From contig JABABF010000088.1 of the NCBI GenBank assembly GCA_014238345.1, forward strand, positions 1 to 35,130: a DNA stretch of 35,130 nt, read 5' to 3'. The position numbers and the translations under genes were made by a program. How positions within the stretch are numbered: position 1 is the stretch's first letter; every line of letters starts with the position of its first letter. Shown in pieces: positions 9,603 to 17,991 of this stretch. Under the pieces are notes generated by a model that searched no databases, was not told the DNA's origin, and saw only the letters and a program-made list of their open reading frames with translations. The stretch is from Gammaproteobacteria bacterium. GTDB taxonomy: Bacteria; Pseudomonadota; Gammaproteobacteria; JABABF01.

Positions 9603-10868
9603 ATGGTAAATGCGATGAACAGTCCGGCTCCCACCCAAAGTCAATGCCCACACATCCAGTTGCTGGATGCCGATCTGTATCTCAACGGGCCACCGCGCGA
9701 GCTGTACCGGGAACTGCGACAAAGCCAACCCGTCTGCTGGCTGGACGACCCCTATACCGACACTGGCTACTGGGCGGTCACCTGCCGAGCCGAAGTTGAT
9801 TTTGTCTCCAAGAACCCCCGGCTGTTCTCCTCAGAGGAAAAATTGCCCTATTTACACGAAACTCTTCCGGAAGAGCTGGATATGCAACGCAAAAACCTGC
9901 TGTGTATGGATCCACCACATCATGTCAAATACCGCCGTATTGTGCGCAATGCCTTCACCCCGACGATGGTCGATAGCTACCGCGACAAATTCGAGCGGCG
10001 CGCACAAGAGATCGTCGCTGCGGCCGTAGCGGACGGACACTGCGAATTTGTCGCCGATATCGCCGCCGAGCTGCCGCTAATCGCCATCTGCGATATCCTC
10101 GGCGTGCCTGCGAAGGATCGCCGCCAGTTCTTCGAGTGGAGCAATACCATGATCGGCTTTGATGATCCCGAATACTCGCAGGACAAAAATGCCCAGACGA
10201 CGGCGGCGGCAAACCTGTATGCCTATGCCGACCAGCTGATGGAGAGGATGAATCAAGACGATGCTCCGGAGCACAACTTGGTCAGCACCCTGCTTTCAAG
10301 CAATGTTGAGGGCGAGAAACTCACCGTCGATGAGTTTCGCAATTTCATGCTATTGCTCATCGTGGCAGGCAATGAAACCACGCGCAACCAGACCTCCCAG
10401 CTGATGCGGCTGTTGATAGAGCACCCAGAGCAGTATCAATTGCTGATCGACGAACCTGAGCGCATCCCAGATGCTGTCGAAGAAGGTCTACGTTACGCCT
10501 CCCCGGTCATCGCCTTCCGCCGCACGGCCATGGACGACCTCAAACTGGGCGAGCACAATATCGCCAAAGGTGACAAAGTCGTCTTGTTTTACCAGTCGGC
10601 CAGCGCCGATGAGGCGGTATTTAGTGACCCGGATCGCTTTGACATCACGCGTCCACAGCGCGAACCCGTGGCGGGAGAATCGCGGCCTTTTGGCTATGGA
10701 GAACATTTTTGCCTCGGCACACACTTGGCTCGTCTTGAGCTGCGTGTTACCTTTGCGGCAATCGTCTCCCACATCCGCAAACCGCGCATCAACGGGTCCG
10801 TGGAGTTTTTGCGGTCCCACTTTATCAACGGCATCAAACGCATGCCAATCGCCTTTGAAACCGTTTGA
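9603..10868 (+). CDS. Cytochrome P450 monooxygenase
   Basis: The 421-aa ORF has the heme-thiolate loop FGYGEHFCLGTHLARLE (FxxGxxxCxG), the I-helix LLLIVAGNETTRN, and the ExxR region (VEEGLRY). The alternative ATG at 9615 is equally possible. Confidence 0.92.
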   Translation: MVNAMNSPAPTQSQCPHIQLLDADLYLNGPPRELYRELRQSQPVCWLDDPYTDTGYWAVTCRAEVDFVSKNPRLFSSEEKLPYLHETLPEELDMQRKNLLCMDPPHHVKYRRIVRNAFTPTMVDSYRDKFERRAQEIVAAAVADGHCEFVADIAAELPLIAICDILGVPAKDRRQFFEWSNTMIGFDDPEYSQDKNAQTTAAANLYAYADQLMERMNQDDAPEHNLVSTLLSSNVEGEKLTVDEFRNFMLLLIVAGNETTRNQTSQLMRLLIEHPEQYQLLIDEPERIPDAVEEGLRYASPVIAFRRTAMDDLKLGEHNIAKGDKVVLFYQSASADEAVFSDPDRFDITRPQREPVAGESRPFGYGEHFCLGTHLARLELRVTFAAIVSHIRKPRINGSVEFLRSHFINGIKRMPIAFETV

Positions 10869-10877
10869 TGGCCGTGT

Positions 10878-11702
10878 TTGATCGTTGTGCCCGAATCCAC
10901 TGACCACGGGCGTATTCCCACACCAGCAGAACTATTCGACTACAGTGGTCGCAGTGTATTAGTCACTGGCGGCAGTCGCGGCATTGGGCGCAACATGGCG
11001 CTGGGCTTCGCCGTTGCTGGTGCGCAGGTGGTGGTGTCCAGCCGCAAAGCTGATGCTTGTATGGCGGTGGTTAGGGAAATTGAAGCCGCAGGCGGCATCG
11101 GCTGGGCTATCCCCGCCGATGCTGCTATCCCCAAACAATTAGACCAGCTCGTCGAAGAGGCTTGGCAGCGCTGTGGACGCATTGATGTGCTAGTCAACAA
11201 TGCCGGTGTCGGCCTCGGTGCACCAATGGAGCAAACCGACTTGGGTCTATGGGAGAAAATTGTCAATGTCAACCTGCGTGGCCCGTGGTATCTGGCCGCG
11301 AAATTGGCTCCGAAAATGCGCGATGCTGGCGGAGGAGCCATCATCAATGTCATCTCGGTCGGCGGATTGCGACCTGGCCCAGGAGTTGGCATCTATTGCG
11401 CCGCCAAAGCCGGGCTCAATGCGTTGACCCAGAGCATGGCCGTTGAATGGGCTCCGTGGAAAGTGCGTGTCAATGCACTCGCCCCAGGCCCCTATGACAC
11501 CGATATGTTGCGCAAAGCCGAACAAGCCATGCCCGGCTTTATGGAGCTCAGCGCCCGCTCTACAGCGATGCAACGCGTCGCTGTGGGATCTGAGATTATC
11601 GGGACAGCTCTATTTCTGGGCAGTGACGCAGCGGCAGGCTACACCACTGGCTCAGTGGTGGTCAGCGACGGCGGTTTTATGGCACAAGCCCCGGGCGGCT
11701 AA
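10878..11702 (+). CDS. Short-chain dehydrogenase/reductase (SDR) family oxidoreductase
   Basis: The 274-aa ORF has the cofactor motif VLVTGGSRGIGRNMA, NNAG, and the catalytic YCAAKAGLNALT (YxxxK). It starts 10 nt after the P450 stop, so it is probably co-transcribed. The start is TTG 10878 or GTG 10887. Confidence 0.9.
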   Translation: MIVVPESTDHGRIPTPAELFDYSGRSVLVTGGSRGIGRNMALGFAVAGAQVVVSSRKADACMAVVREIEAAGGIGWAIPADAAIPKQLDQLVEEAWQRCGRIDVLVNNAGVGLGAPMEQTDLGLWEKIVNVNLRGPWYLAAKLAPKMRDAGGGAIINVISVGGLRPGPGVGIYCAAKAGLNALTQSMAVEWAPWKVRVNALAPGPYDTDMLRKAEQAMPGFMELSARSTAMQRVAVGSEIIGTALFLGSDAAAGYTTGSVVVSDGGFMAQAPGG

Positions 11703-11979
11703 ACAGCAACCCGATTGATAATTGATATCGTGCGGCTACAGCGCAACCATGTGAACTGCACTGTAGGCATGCGCCCCGAGTTCTAGCTACCGACCGACCG
11801 ACCTCAAGGGAAGAAGGAAAGCCTAATTTTGGCAGCTCAGACAACAGATCAAGAGGGCATTAAAAGCAGACGATCCAATCTAAAATATTAAGCCTACAAC
11901 GGCTAGAAAATTGGCAGAGTGTATTATTTGTACTGCCCCTAAATAATTGGACTACATAATTGAACCATGAAACGATCGA

Positions 11980-14049
11980 TTAACGGCGGCGACGGGCGCT
12001 GACACCATCACGATGCCGCCGACCGCGCTCAGCACGGTCTTCATTAGCTGTATCAGCAACGATTTTTCTGCGTTCCTTCCCGGCCTCTTCGCTTTCCTTC
12101 GGCAGGGGAGAAATGCTCAAATCACTGCCAATATCTTGATCAAGAGAATCCCCGACAAGTAACGGCAAGGCAACGCTGAGCCGAATATGCCCGCGTAGTC
12201 TCTGGGGGTCTTGACCAAAAGACAATTCTAGGTGTTGCAATAGTATGGCTCGTCCATGCAAAATCTTGGCGAACCAACGCCACGAATCAATGTGCAACTC
12301 AGGTATGTCGCCCCGTATTTGGTAAACACGGTAGTGCTTTCGTTGCTCTTCGTACAGACGAATGTTGCGCGCAGTCATAGCGCGCAACAATGACACCCAT
12401 TCTCGCAATAACCATTCTTGGCGATCTGGTATGTCAGGAGTTTCTGCACCCCCAAACAAGCTCCCGCCATCGCCATCCTCATCTTCAGCCAAACCACCAT
12501 CCAACAATAATAAATCATCCTCTGCAACTACATCTAACGCTAATGTTTGATCATCACTGAGCGCGCTGAGCGACAATGGTTCGCTACTAGCCAACCACAA
12601 CTCATTGAGTCGAGGTACTTCACGAGCTGGCGTACGCTGTAAATCCAACTTCCCATCGGCGGCTCTACGAACAGAGTAGGATCGCACGCTGTAAGGAAAA
12701 TCTGGATCATTGGATACTACTTCATGCAGACGGGTAATGCGGGAAGCACTACCTGAAAGCCGTACAACCAGCAGGTTGTTATGATTCGACCAAATGGAGG
12801 AATGCATCAAGCGATGAAAGCCATAGGCCGCCCCATCGGTATCTGAATTGACATCGCCGCCCAAGTCCAAAAGACTGTGCAAGACCCAATTGAACAGCAA
12901 CCCAGCATCTCGCTGGCCCGCTAGGAATGCCCCTAATTGCCGATTCACTAAGTTATCAAAATCATCGGTTTCAGGGGCAACCTCTTCAACTGCAACATCA
13001 GTATCCTCTGCCACCTCTTCGTCTAACAAACTGCGATTCTGGTTTGCCTCGGCCAACTGATCAGCGATTTCCTGCGCCTTAAAGTATTGGTAAACTGTTG
13101 TCCATGCATAAAAAATACCAATTGACACCATGACCACACCAGCAATATTCAACACCAAAGATCGCAACCAACGACTCTCTCGGCTAAAGACCATGCGTAA
13201 GGCCCGCTTAGCTGGCAACAGTGGATAGAGGTGTTCTGGATTATCCCAGCACCACTCTAATATGTCCTGCTCAACTGACTCAACTCGTGCGGCTGTACTT
13301 CCACTAATGCCGAGATCAGATATAGAGAGGTTGCGCAGGAATAACTGTGGAATTTTTGGTAAAGGCGCAACAACTGGTGTCTCCTGTGTTTCAGCCTCAA
13401 GCGCATCAGATTCCTCGTCATTATCAGCTACTTGAGCTGCTTGCTTAGTCGCCTCTTGCTCTTGCAACTGGCTCAAATGACGGCGGATCGTAAACAACCA
13501 CTGTCGCACTTCCTGCCCAGTATTTTGTTGTGGTTGCGTCATATCCGCGCGCACTATGCCATCCATCACCACCACGATATAGCACTCAGAAAGCGAACGT
13601 TCACACCAGATATAGTGGTCGCCACCGCGCCCACCCCCCGTAATCATAGCCTGCACGCTCTCCCCAAGAAGATGAGCCTCGCGTGGGTAGAAAGCTGCTG
13701 ATACCTGCCCTGGGCGAACAACAAAATTCAGATAGGTTCCAGTATCTTCGCCATACAATTTCGACATCTCGCGTACTCGAGAACGCACCGTGGTCTTAGG
13801 ATCTGCTGTATAGGGGATGGTCTCCCGCACGGGGGCATTGGCAAAATCATTCAGGCTGGCTGGCGGCACGATCAGTTCGCCAGACAACATTTTATCCGGC
13901 AACAGCCCGGTCGTGATAGATCGCCGCACGCGGCGACGTTGCTCCCCTTGCTCTACTGCCGCATCCGTATCTGTGCCAGCAGCATCACCACCATCACCAC
14001 CAGCTAGCGGCGTCTCATCAGCAACACGAGGATCCATCTCATCAGCCAT
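11980..14049 (-). CDS. Bitopic inner-membrane pilus-assembly protein (occupies the PilO slot after the secretin; GspL/BfpC-like topology), function unproven
   Basis: The 689-aa ORF has GGAGG 9 nt upstream of ATG 14049. It has an acidic N-terminus, a single hydrophobic span (LVLNIAGVVMVSIGIFYAWTTVY, about residues 298-320), a large C-terminal domain and a very basic tail (RGRRHRDGVSARRRR). I recognised no family motif. The role is assigned from its position as the last gene of the pilus cluster. Confidence 0.55.
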   Translation of the reverse strand: MADEMDPRVADETPLAGGDGGDAAGTDTDAAVEQGEQRRRVRRSITTGLLPDKMLSGELIVPPASLNDFANAPVRETIPYTADPKTTVRSRVREMSKLYGEDTGTYLNFVVRPGQVSAAFYPREAHLLGESVQAMITGGGRGGDHYIWCERSLSECYIVVVMDGIVRADMTQPQQNTGQEVRQWLFTIRRHLSQLQEQEATKQAAQVADNDEESDALEAETQETPVVAPLPKIPQLFLRNLSISDLGISGSTAARVESVEQDILEWCWDNPEHLYPLLPAKRALRMVFSRESRWLRSLVLNIAGVVMVSIGIFYAWTTVYQYFKAQEIADQLAEANQNRSLLDEEVAEDTDVAVEEVAPETDDFDNLVNRQLGAFLAGQRDAGLLFNWVLHSLLDLGGDVNSDTDGAAYGFHRLMHSSIWSNHNNLLVVRLSGSASRITRLHEVVSNDPDFPYSVRSYSVRRAADGKLDLQRTPAREVPRLNELWLASSEPLSLSALSDDQTLALDVVAEDDLLLLDGGLAEDEDGDGGSLFGGAETPDIPDRQEWLLREWVSLLRAMTARNIRLYEEQRKHYRVYQIRGDIPELHIDSWRWFAKILHGRAILLQHLELSFGQDPQRLRGHIRLSVALPLLVGDSLDQDIGSDLSISPLPKESEEAGKERRKIVADTANEDRAERGRRHRDGVSARRRR

Positions 14050-14153
14050 CAGACCTTGCCTCCCCCTGTCCTGTTTTCACTATATGACTGCATAACGATA
14101 GTCCGCAAAAAGTGGGGAACCATTATTTATGCCCACCTATACCTGCGCCTGCG

Positions 14154-15866
14154 TCAATTATTAATCACAACCGGCGTGATCATTACGATGGTTTCCACCT
14201 CGGCCCAATTTTGGTTCTTGTTAATATCAAAGTCAGTATTTGCGGTCTTACCATAATTTCCTCGACGACGACGCAAACCGCTCAGCACCAAAGATTCCCC
14301 CGACTGCAACATGGCACGCTGGTTGAAAACATTTTCTGTCAGCGAAGGCAAGTTGACCTGGGAGCCGTTGCCAACATCAATAGCGGCACCAATCGTAGCT
14401 TCGCGCAATGTACCAGTCACCTGCAACACCACACGCCTACTGTCGAGTATATTCACTAGTGCATAGAAACTGACACCAGACTCAATTGTGCCTGGCTCAA
14501 ACACAACATTAGAGCCGAAACTATCAACATTGCGCGAGATCTCGGAAATATAAGAAAGCGTTTCGCTACGCTTCACCTCCACAGCCTGATGGTTGTACAC
14601 CAGGGCTCTAGGTGCCGTCTCTACACTGACCTCTCCTTGGGAACGCAAAGCGGTCAACACCGAACTGATGTAGTGCGAGCCATCTGCAGACCCTGAAATA
14701 TGCTCAGGCGTATTGCTACTAGCAATGGTTAATGCATCCCCAGCAAACGCCACACTGACATCCGAGCCCAGCAAGCGAGATTGCACTACTGACCAGTCCA
14801 CGCCGAAAGAATGTGCGTCGTTTAATGTCACCTCAATAACGCGAAACTCAATTATCATTTTGCGCTGCATGTCGGTATTCAGATCATTTATAAAACGTTC
14901 TACCGCCAATACTTTGGCAGCCGGAGCTGTAACAGAAATTGTCGCACGACTAATATACTGCTCTTGTGAACCTTCGCCGTCGAGGATGGCATCAACAGCA
15001 CTTTGAAGATCATCCCAGAATTCGCCGCCATTCTCTTCAAAGCCAACAAACTGGTTACTCGAACCAAAAGAGGCGCTGATACTGCCTCCACCGCCCGATT
15101 GCACCCCCGCATTACCACCGCCGCCGCCACTTGAACCAATATCGTAATCTTGGTCACCCTGCGGGTGCATCATGCGGAAAGAGCGAGTCAAATAAGCATG
15201 CCAATGGAGTGCTTCACCCTCGGCTTCTACTGTATAAGCATAGTCTGTCAGCTGTGTGACTCGATCCAGCATCTCTTGCACTGTACCTTCGAAATCCAGA
15301 GTAACGGGGCGCCCTGCGTCCAACCAGCTATCTCCGGACATCAACTGCTCCAGTTCACCAGCCAGCCTTTTGTTGCCAGCTTCTTTCTTGATCGCTACTC
15401 GCAATCCCTTCGCCTGCACTTGCTCGTCTGCTATACCATAGAGAATCAAGGGTGCGTCTTCGATTTGCAACATCACCTGATTCATGAGCCACTCCAACGG
15501 CAGATCCCGTGCATTAACCACTACGCGCTCTTGCAACCACGCCATTTGTGCATCGCGCGACACCCACTCAAAGGCGGTATAGGGCGAGTCATGGAAGCGC
15601 ACTAAAGGGCGCTCAGGGAACTGCGACTCACGCAATTGCTCCATATCATCTTTCAGGTAAAAGCGATGTTCATTAATCTGATTAGCGATATCACCACCAG
15701 ATAGTGATCTAATGATCCCACACCCAGATAACGGCATCAGCACTAATGCCAGTAGCCCCAGCACACTTAAACTTTGCCCACCGCTACTGATGATGCTTCG
15801 CACGACCCGTCCTCGCCCTACTAGCCATAGCCCAGCACTTGCCGCACTTGTCCTGTTTCTAATCAT
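14154..15866 (-). CDS. Type IVb pilus outer-membrane secretin, lipoprotein (R64 PilN / BfpB-like)
   Basis: The 570-aa ORF has GAGGA 5 nt upstream of the ATG and a lipobox LSG|C after a hydrophobic signal. A Gly-rich linker (GSSGGGGGNAGVQSGGGG) follows. The C-terminal secretin-domain pattern is VVLQVTGTLREA...QRAMLQSGESLVLSGL...VETIVMITPVVI. Confidence 0.8.
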   Translation of the reverse strand: MIRNRTSAASAGLWLVGRGRVVRSIISSGGQSLSVLGLLALVLMPLSGCGIIRSLSGGDIANQINEHRFYLKDDMEQLRESQFPERPLVRFHDSPYTAFEWVSRDAQMAWLQERVVVNARDLPLEWLMNQVMLQIEDAPLILYGIADEQVQAKGLRVAIKKEAGNKRLAGELEQLMSGDSWLDAGRPVTLDFEGTVQEMLDRVTQLTDYAYTVEAEGEALHWHAYLTRSFRMMHPQGDQDYDIGSSGGGGGNAGVQSGGGGSISASFGSSNQFVGFEENGGEFWDDLQSAVDAILDGEGSQEQYISRATISVTAPAAKVLAVERFINDLNTDMQRKMIIEFRVIEVTLNDAHSFGVDWSVVQSRLLGSDVSVAFAGDALTIASSNTPEHISGSADGSHYISSVLTALRSQGEVSVETAPRALVYNHQAVEVKRSETLSYISEISRNVDSFGSNVVFEPGTIESGVSFYALVNILDSRRVVLQVTGTLREATIGAAIDVGNGSQVNLPSLTENVFNQRAMLQSGESLVLSGLRRRRGNYGKTANTDFDINKNQNWAEVETIVMITPVVINN

Positions 15867-15946
15867 TGCATTCCTCGTTTGGGTCTGTAGAGTTTGCCTG
15901 CTAAAGCCACTCTATACCTGAGTTTTTTGTATCTGTGATCAGCGGT

Positions 15947-16618
15947 TTAGCGGTAGCGCTCCACCACTGTATCTAGAGAGTGCGGGGGATCTAAGATGCG
16001 CTTGGCCTGCAGAGCGTCGCCACAACTCACTGCACGCCCGGTATAGAGTCCCACAGTACTACCCGACTCCCGCAAATAGACCGGGAAGCCCAAGGTATCA
16101 AGGGTCGAATACAGATGCTGTGCACTAGCCATATCATCATAGACAGCTATACGCAGTGTCCATCGGTATTGATCTGCACCAGCCCCCGCCCGCTGACACT
16201 TGGCCTCTTCCCTGCGCATGGAAGCCGCAATTGCCGCCGCTCGTTTACGGGGATCAACAACACGTGCTTTTTTAGTCTGAGTTGCCGCGGATTTAGCAGC
16301 TTTCTTGGCAGCTTTCTTGGCAACTTTTGATTTTTTCGCTGAGGATTTAGTGGTTGCCTTAGCTGCGGCTGCTTTGTCCGTAACCAGCGGGGCTGGCTCT
16401 GTAATAGCGCCACCAGTTCGCGCCGAAAAATCAAATGATTCACATGAAGAAAGTAGTAGGAACACGGGCACCGCCATCAGCATCCCTAACGCCTTAAACG
16501 CCTTATCAGCCCCAGAACCAGAACCAGCACTAATAAGCGCCCTAGCTAATGCCCCTGAGTTCCCCGAACTCACCCCTAGCTGTTTAAATTCTGTCATTTT
16601 GTCTCTCGCCTTATTCAT
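15947..16618 (-). CDS. Lipoprotein with a Lys/Ala-rich basic linker and a C-terminal SPOR-like peptidoglycan-binding domain
   Basis: The 223-aa ORF has AGGA 8 nt upstream of the ATG and a lipobox LSS|C. It has a low-complexity stretch KKSKVAKKAAKKAAKSAATQTKKAR. The C-terminus WTLRIAVYDDMASAQHLYSTLDTLGFPVYLRESGSTVGLYTGRAVSCGDALQAKRIL fits the SPOR pattern (beta-alpha-beta-beta repeat, 'W.v.vg.f....A..l...L...G'). Confidence 0.7.
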   Translation of the reverse strand: MNKARDKMTEFKQLGVSSGNSGALARALISAGSGSGADKAFKALGMLMAVPVFLLLSSCESFDFSARTGGAITEPAPLVTDKAAAAKATTKSSAKKSKVAKKAAKKAAKSAATQTKKARVVDPRKRAAAIAASMRREEAKCQRAGAGADQYRWTLRIAVYDDMASAQHLYSTLDTLGFPVYLRESGSTVGLYTGRAVSCGDALQAKRILDPPHSLDTVVERYR

Positions 16619-16642
16619 GATTGTATTCCTTGCGCGGTATTG

Positions 16643-17695
16643 CTACTTTGACTTATCAGCATCAGCACCAGCACCAGCATCAGGACTCTTTGTTGGAGTG
16701 GGGTCGTCGCTACGCTGCACCGCTAGCGTAGCCAAACCGTATCGACGATCCAGTGCCTTGGACATACGATCCGCTTGACGCTTGCTCATATCACGACCGA
16801 CATAGAGACCGCTAAAAACTCGAGAGCCACTTTGAACCTGCGACAAATAGGAGGTGAAATTATCTGAGCGCAACCGCTTCAACATACGCTGAGCACCCGC
16901 ATCACTATCGTAGACCGCAACACGCACTGCCCACCGATTACGCCGACTACGTTTTGATGGTTGTGATTGAGCCTGCTCCGCCCGCTCAGCCCGCCGCCGC
17001 TCCGCACGCTCCCGCCGCTGGTCACGACGAGACAGCGGCGCCACATCAGTAGCAGCTGCCCTCCGACTAGTGCGCTGCTCACCTTGACATGCTGGCAGGG
17101 CTCGCTCTAGGCGCACAGGAGAAGTTGAGCAACGCAACGCAGTTTTGTCAACCTTGGTGTGCCGGTCAGCATCACGCACCACTACCACTCGATTCGGATA
17201 GTAAATGTCTGCCACCAACGGCCGGTTCATCAGCAACAGCTGTTGCAAGGCTTCCTCAAAGCAGTCAAAACGCAGCTTATAAGGCTGCACTATGCGGCGA
17301 TCTTCTTCTGGCTTCCATTCAAGACGCATACCGTAGTGACCCGCCAGCCGTTGCACTGTATGAGACAGATCCGAGGCAGCGACATCTAAACAGTGGAGAC
17401 CCCGTCGCGGCACCACATTGATCGTTTCTGGCGTATTGTCGTGCCCAGCACGAATAGCTGATCCGCTAATAGCGCGCGACCCACTATCACTAACGGAAGC
17501 AGCAAGTCCAGATGACCCAAGATCGGTGCTAGCACCTACTGGCACCTCAACATTCCACAACCCACCGCCAGAGCCCACGGAAGAGCAGGCACCGAGTGTC
17601 CAAACCATCGCGACAAGCGCCAGACTTGGCAACAGGCGCAAACGCGAAAAGCGTGAGCACACTATTCCTGTGTTTACTCCTATGCCTATTCCCAT
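16643..17695 (-). CDS. PilL/TcpQ-like pilus lipoprotein fused to a C-terminal SPOR-like domain
   Basis: The 350-aa ORF has AGGAG 9 nt upstream of the ATG and a lipobox LGA|C. The central segment LDVAASDLSHTVQRLAGHYGMRLEWKPE...FEEALQQLLLMNRPLVADIYYPNRVVVVRD has the STN/TcpQ-like pattern seen in PilL proteins. An Arg-rich linker (RRDQRRERAERRRAERAEQ) follows. The SPOR-like end is WAVRVAVYDSDAGAQRMLKRLRSDNFTSYLSQ...GLYVGRDMSKRQADRMSKAL. Confidence 0.65.
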   Translation of the reverse strand: MGIGIGVNTGIVCSRFSRLRLLPSLALVAMVWTLGACSSVGSGGGLWNVEVPVGASTDLGSSGLAASVSDSGSRAISGSAIRAGHDNTPETINVVPRRGLHCLDVAASDLSHTVQRLAGHYGMRLEWKPEEDRRIVQPYKLRFDCFEEALQQLLLMNRPLVADIYYPNRVVVVRDADRHTKVDKTALRCSTSPVRLERALPACQGEQRTSRRAAATDVAPLSRRDQRRERAERRRAERAEQAQSQPSKRSRRNRWAVRVAVYDSDAGAQRMLKRLRSDNFTSYLSQVQSGSRVFSGLYVGRDMSKRQADRMSKALDRRYGLATLAVQRSDDPTPTKSPDAGAGADADKSK

Positions 17696-17740
17696 TATCT
17701 TTTTCTCCTAAACTCTCTTCACACTATCAACAAGCGCTGC

Positions 17741-17770
17741 TCACTGTTCTGCAACTCACTGTTCTGCAAC
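17741..17770. repeat. Perfect 15-bp tandem direct repeat x2 (tcactgttctgcaac) in a 296-bp AT-rich intra-operon gap; candidate regulator-binding site
   Basis: Direct read: 17741-17755 is identical to 17756-17770. It lies 46-75 nt upstream of the PilL-like gene ATG (17695). On the minus strand each unit contains TTGCAG. Confidence 0.9.
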
Positions 17771-17991
17771 AATTGCTGATGCTGATACAGCTTTGGCTTC
17801 GTTTTCAACTGCCGCAACTGCCCTGGATGGCAAACCGTAACCGCATGATATCTTACCACTATCAAACACAACATCACATCAACAACCCTGACACAAAACA
17901 TGATTATTGTTCGATATTCGATGTCTAGGGTAACACAACACTCATCGTAGCGCAAGGCTAGTTAGCAGAGAGCCTCGCCATCACAACAGGT

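Noticed and set aside
11733-11768. Imperfect hairpin (ggctacagcgca ... tgcactgtaggc) after the SDR gene, considered as a terminator.
   Set aside because: The stem matches at 10 of 12 positions with an 11-nt loop and no downstream T-tract. That is not convincing enough to annotate.
17719-17955. 78-aa minus-strand ORF in the gap between giant pilin 3 and the PilL-like gene.
   Set aside because: It has a TTG start with no Shine-Dalgarno sequence and lies in an AT-rich region. Its sequence is partly generated by the 15-bp tandem repeat (QNSELQNSEQ), and I recognised no motif. It is more likely non-coding regulatory DNA.
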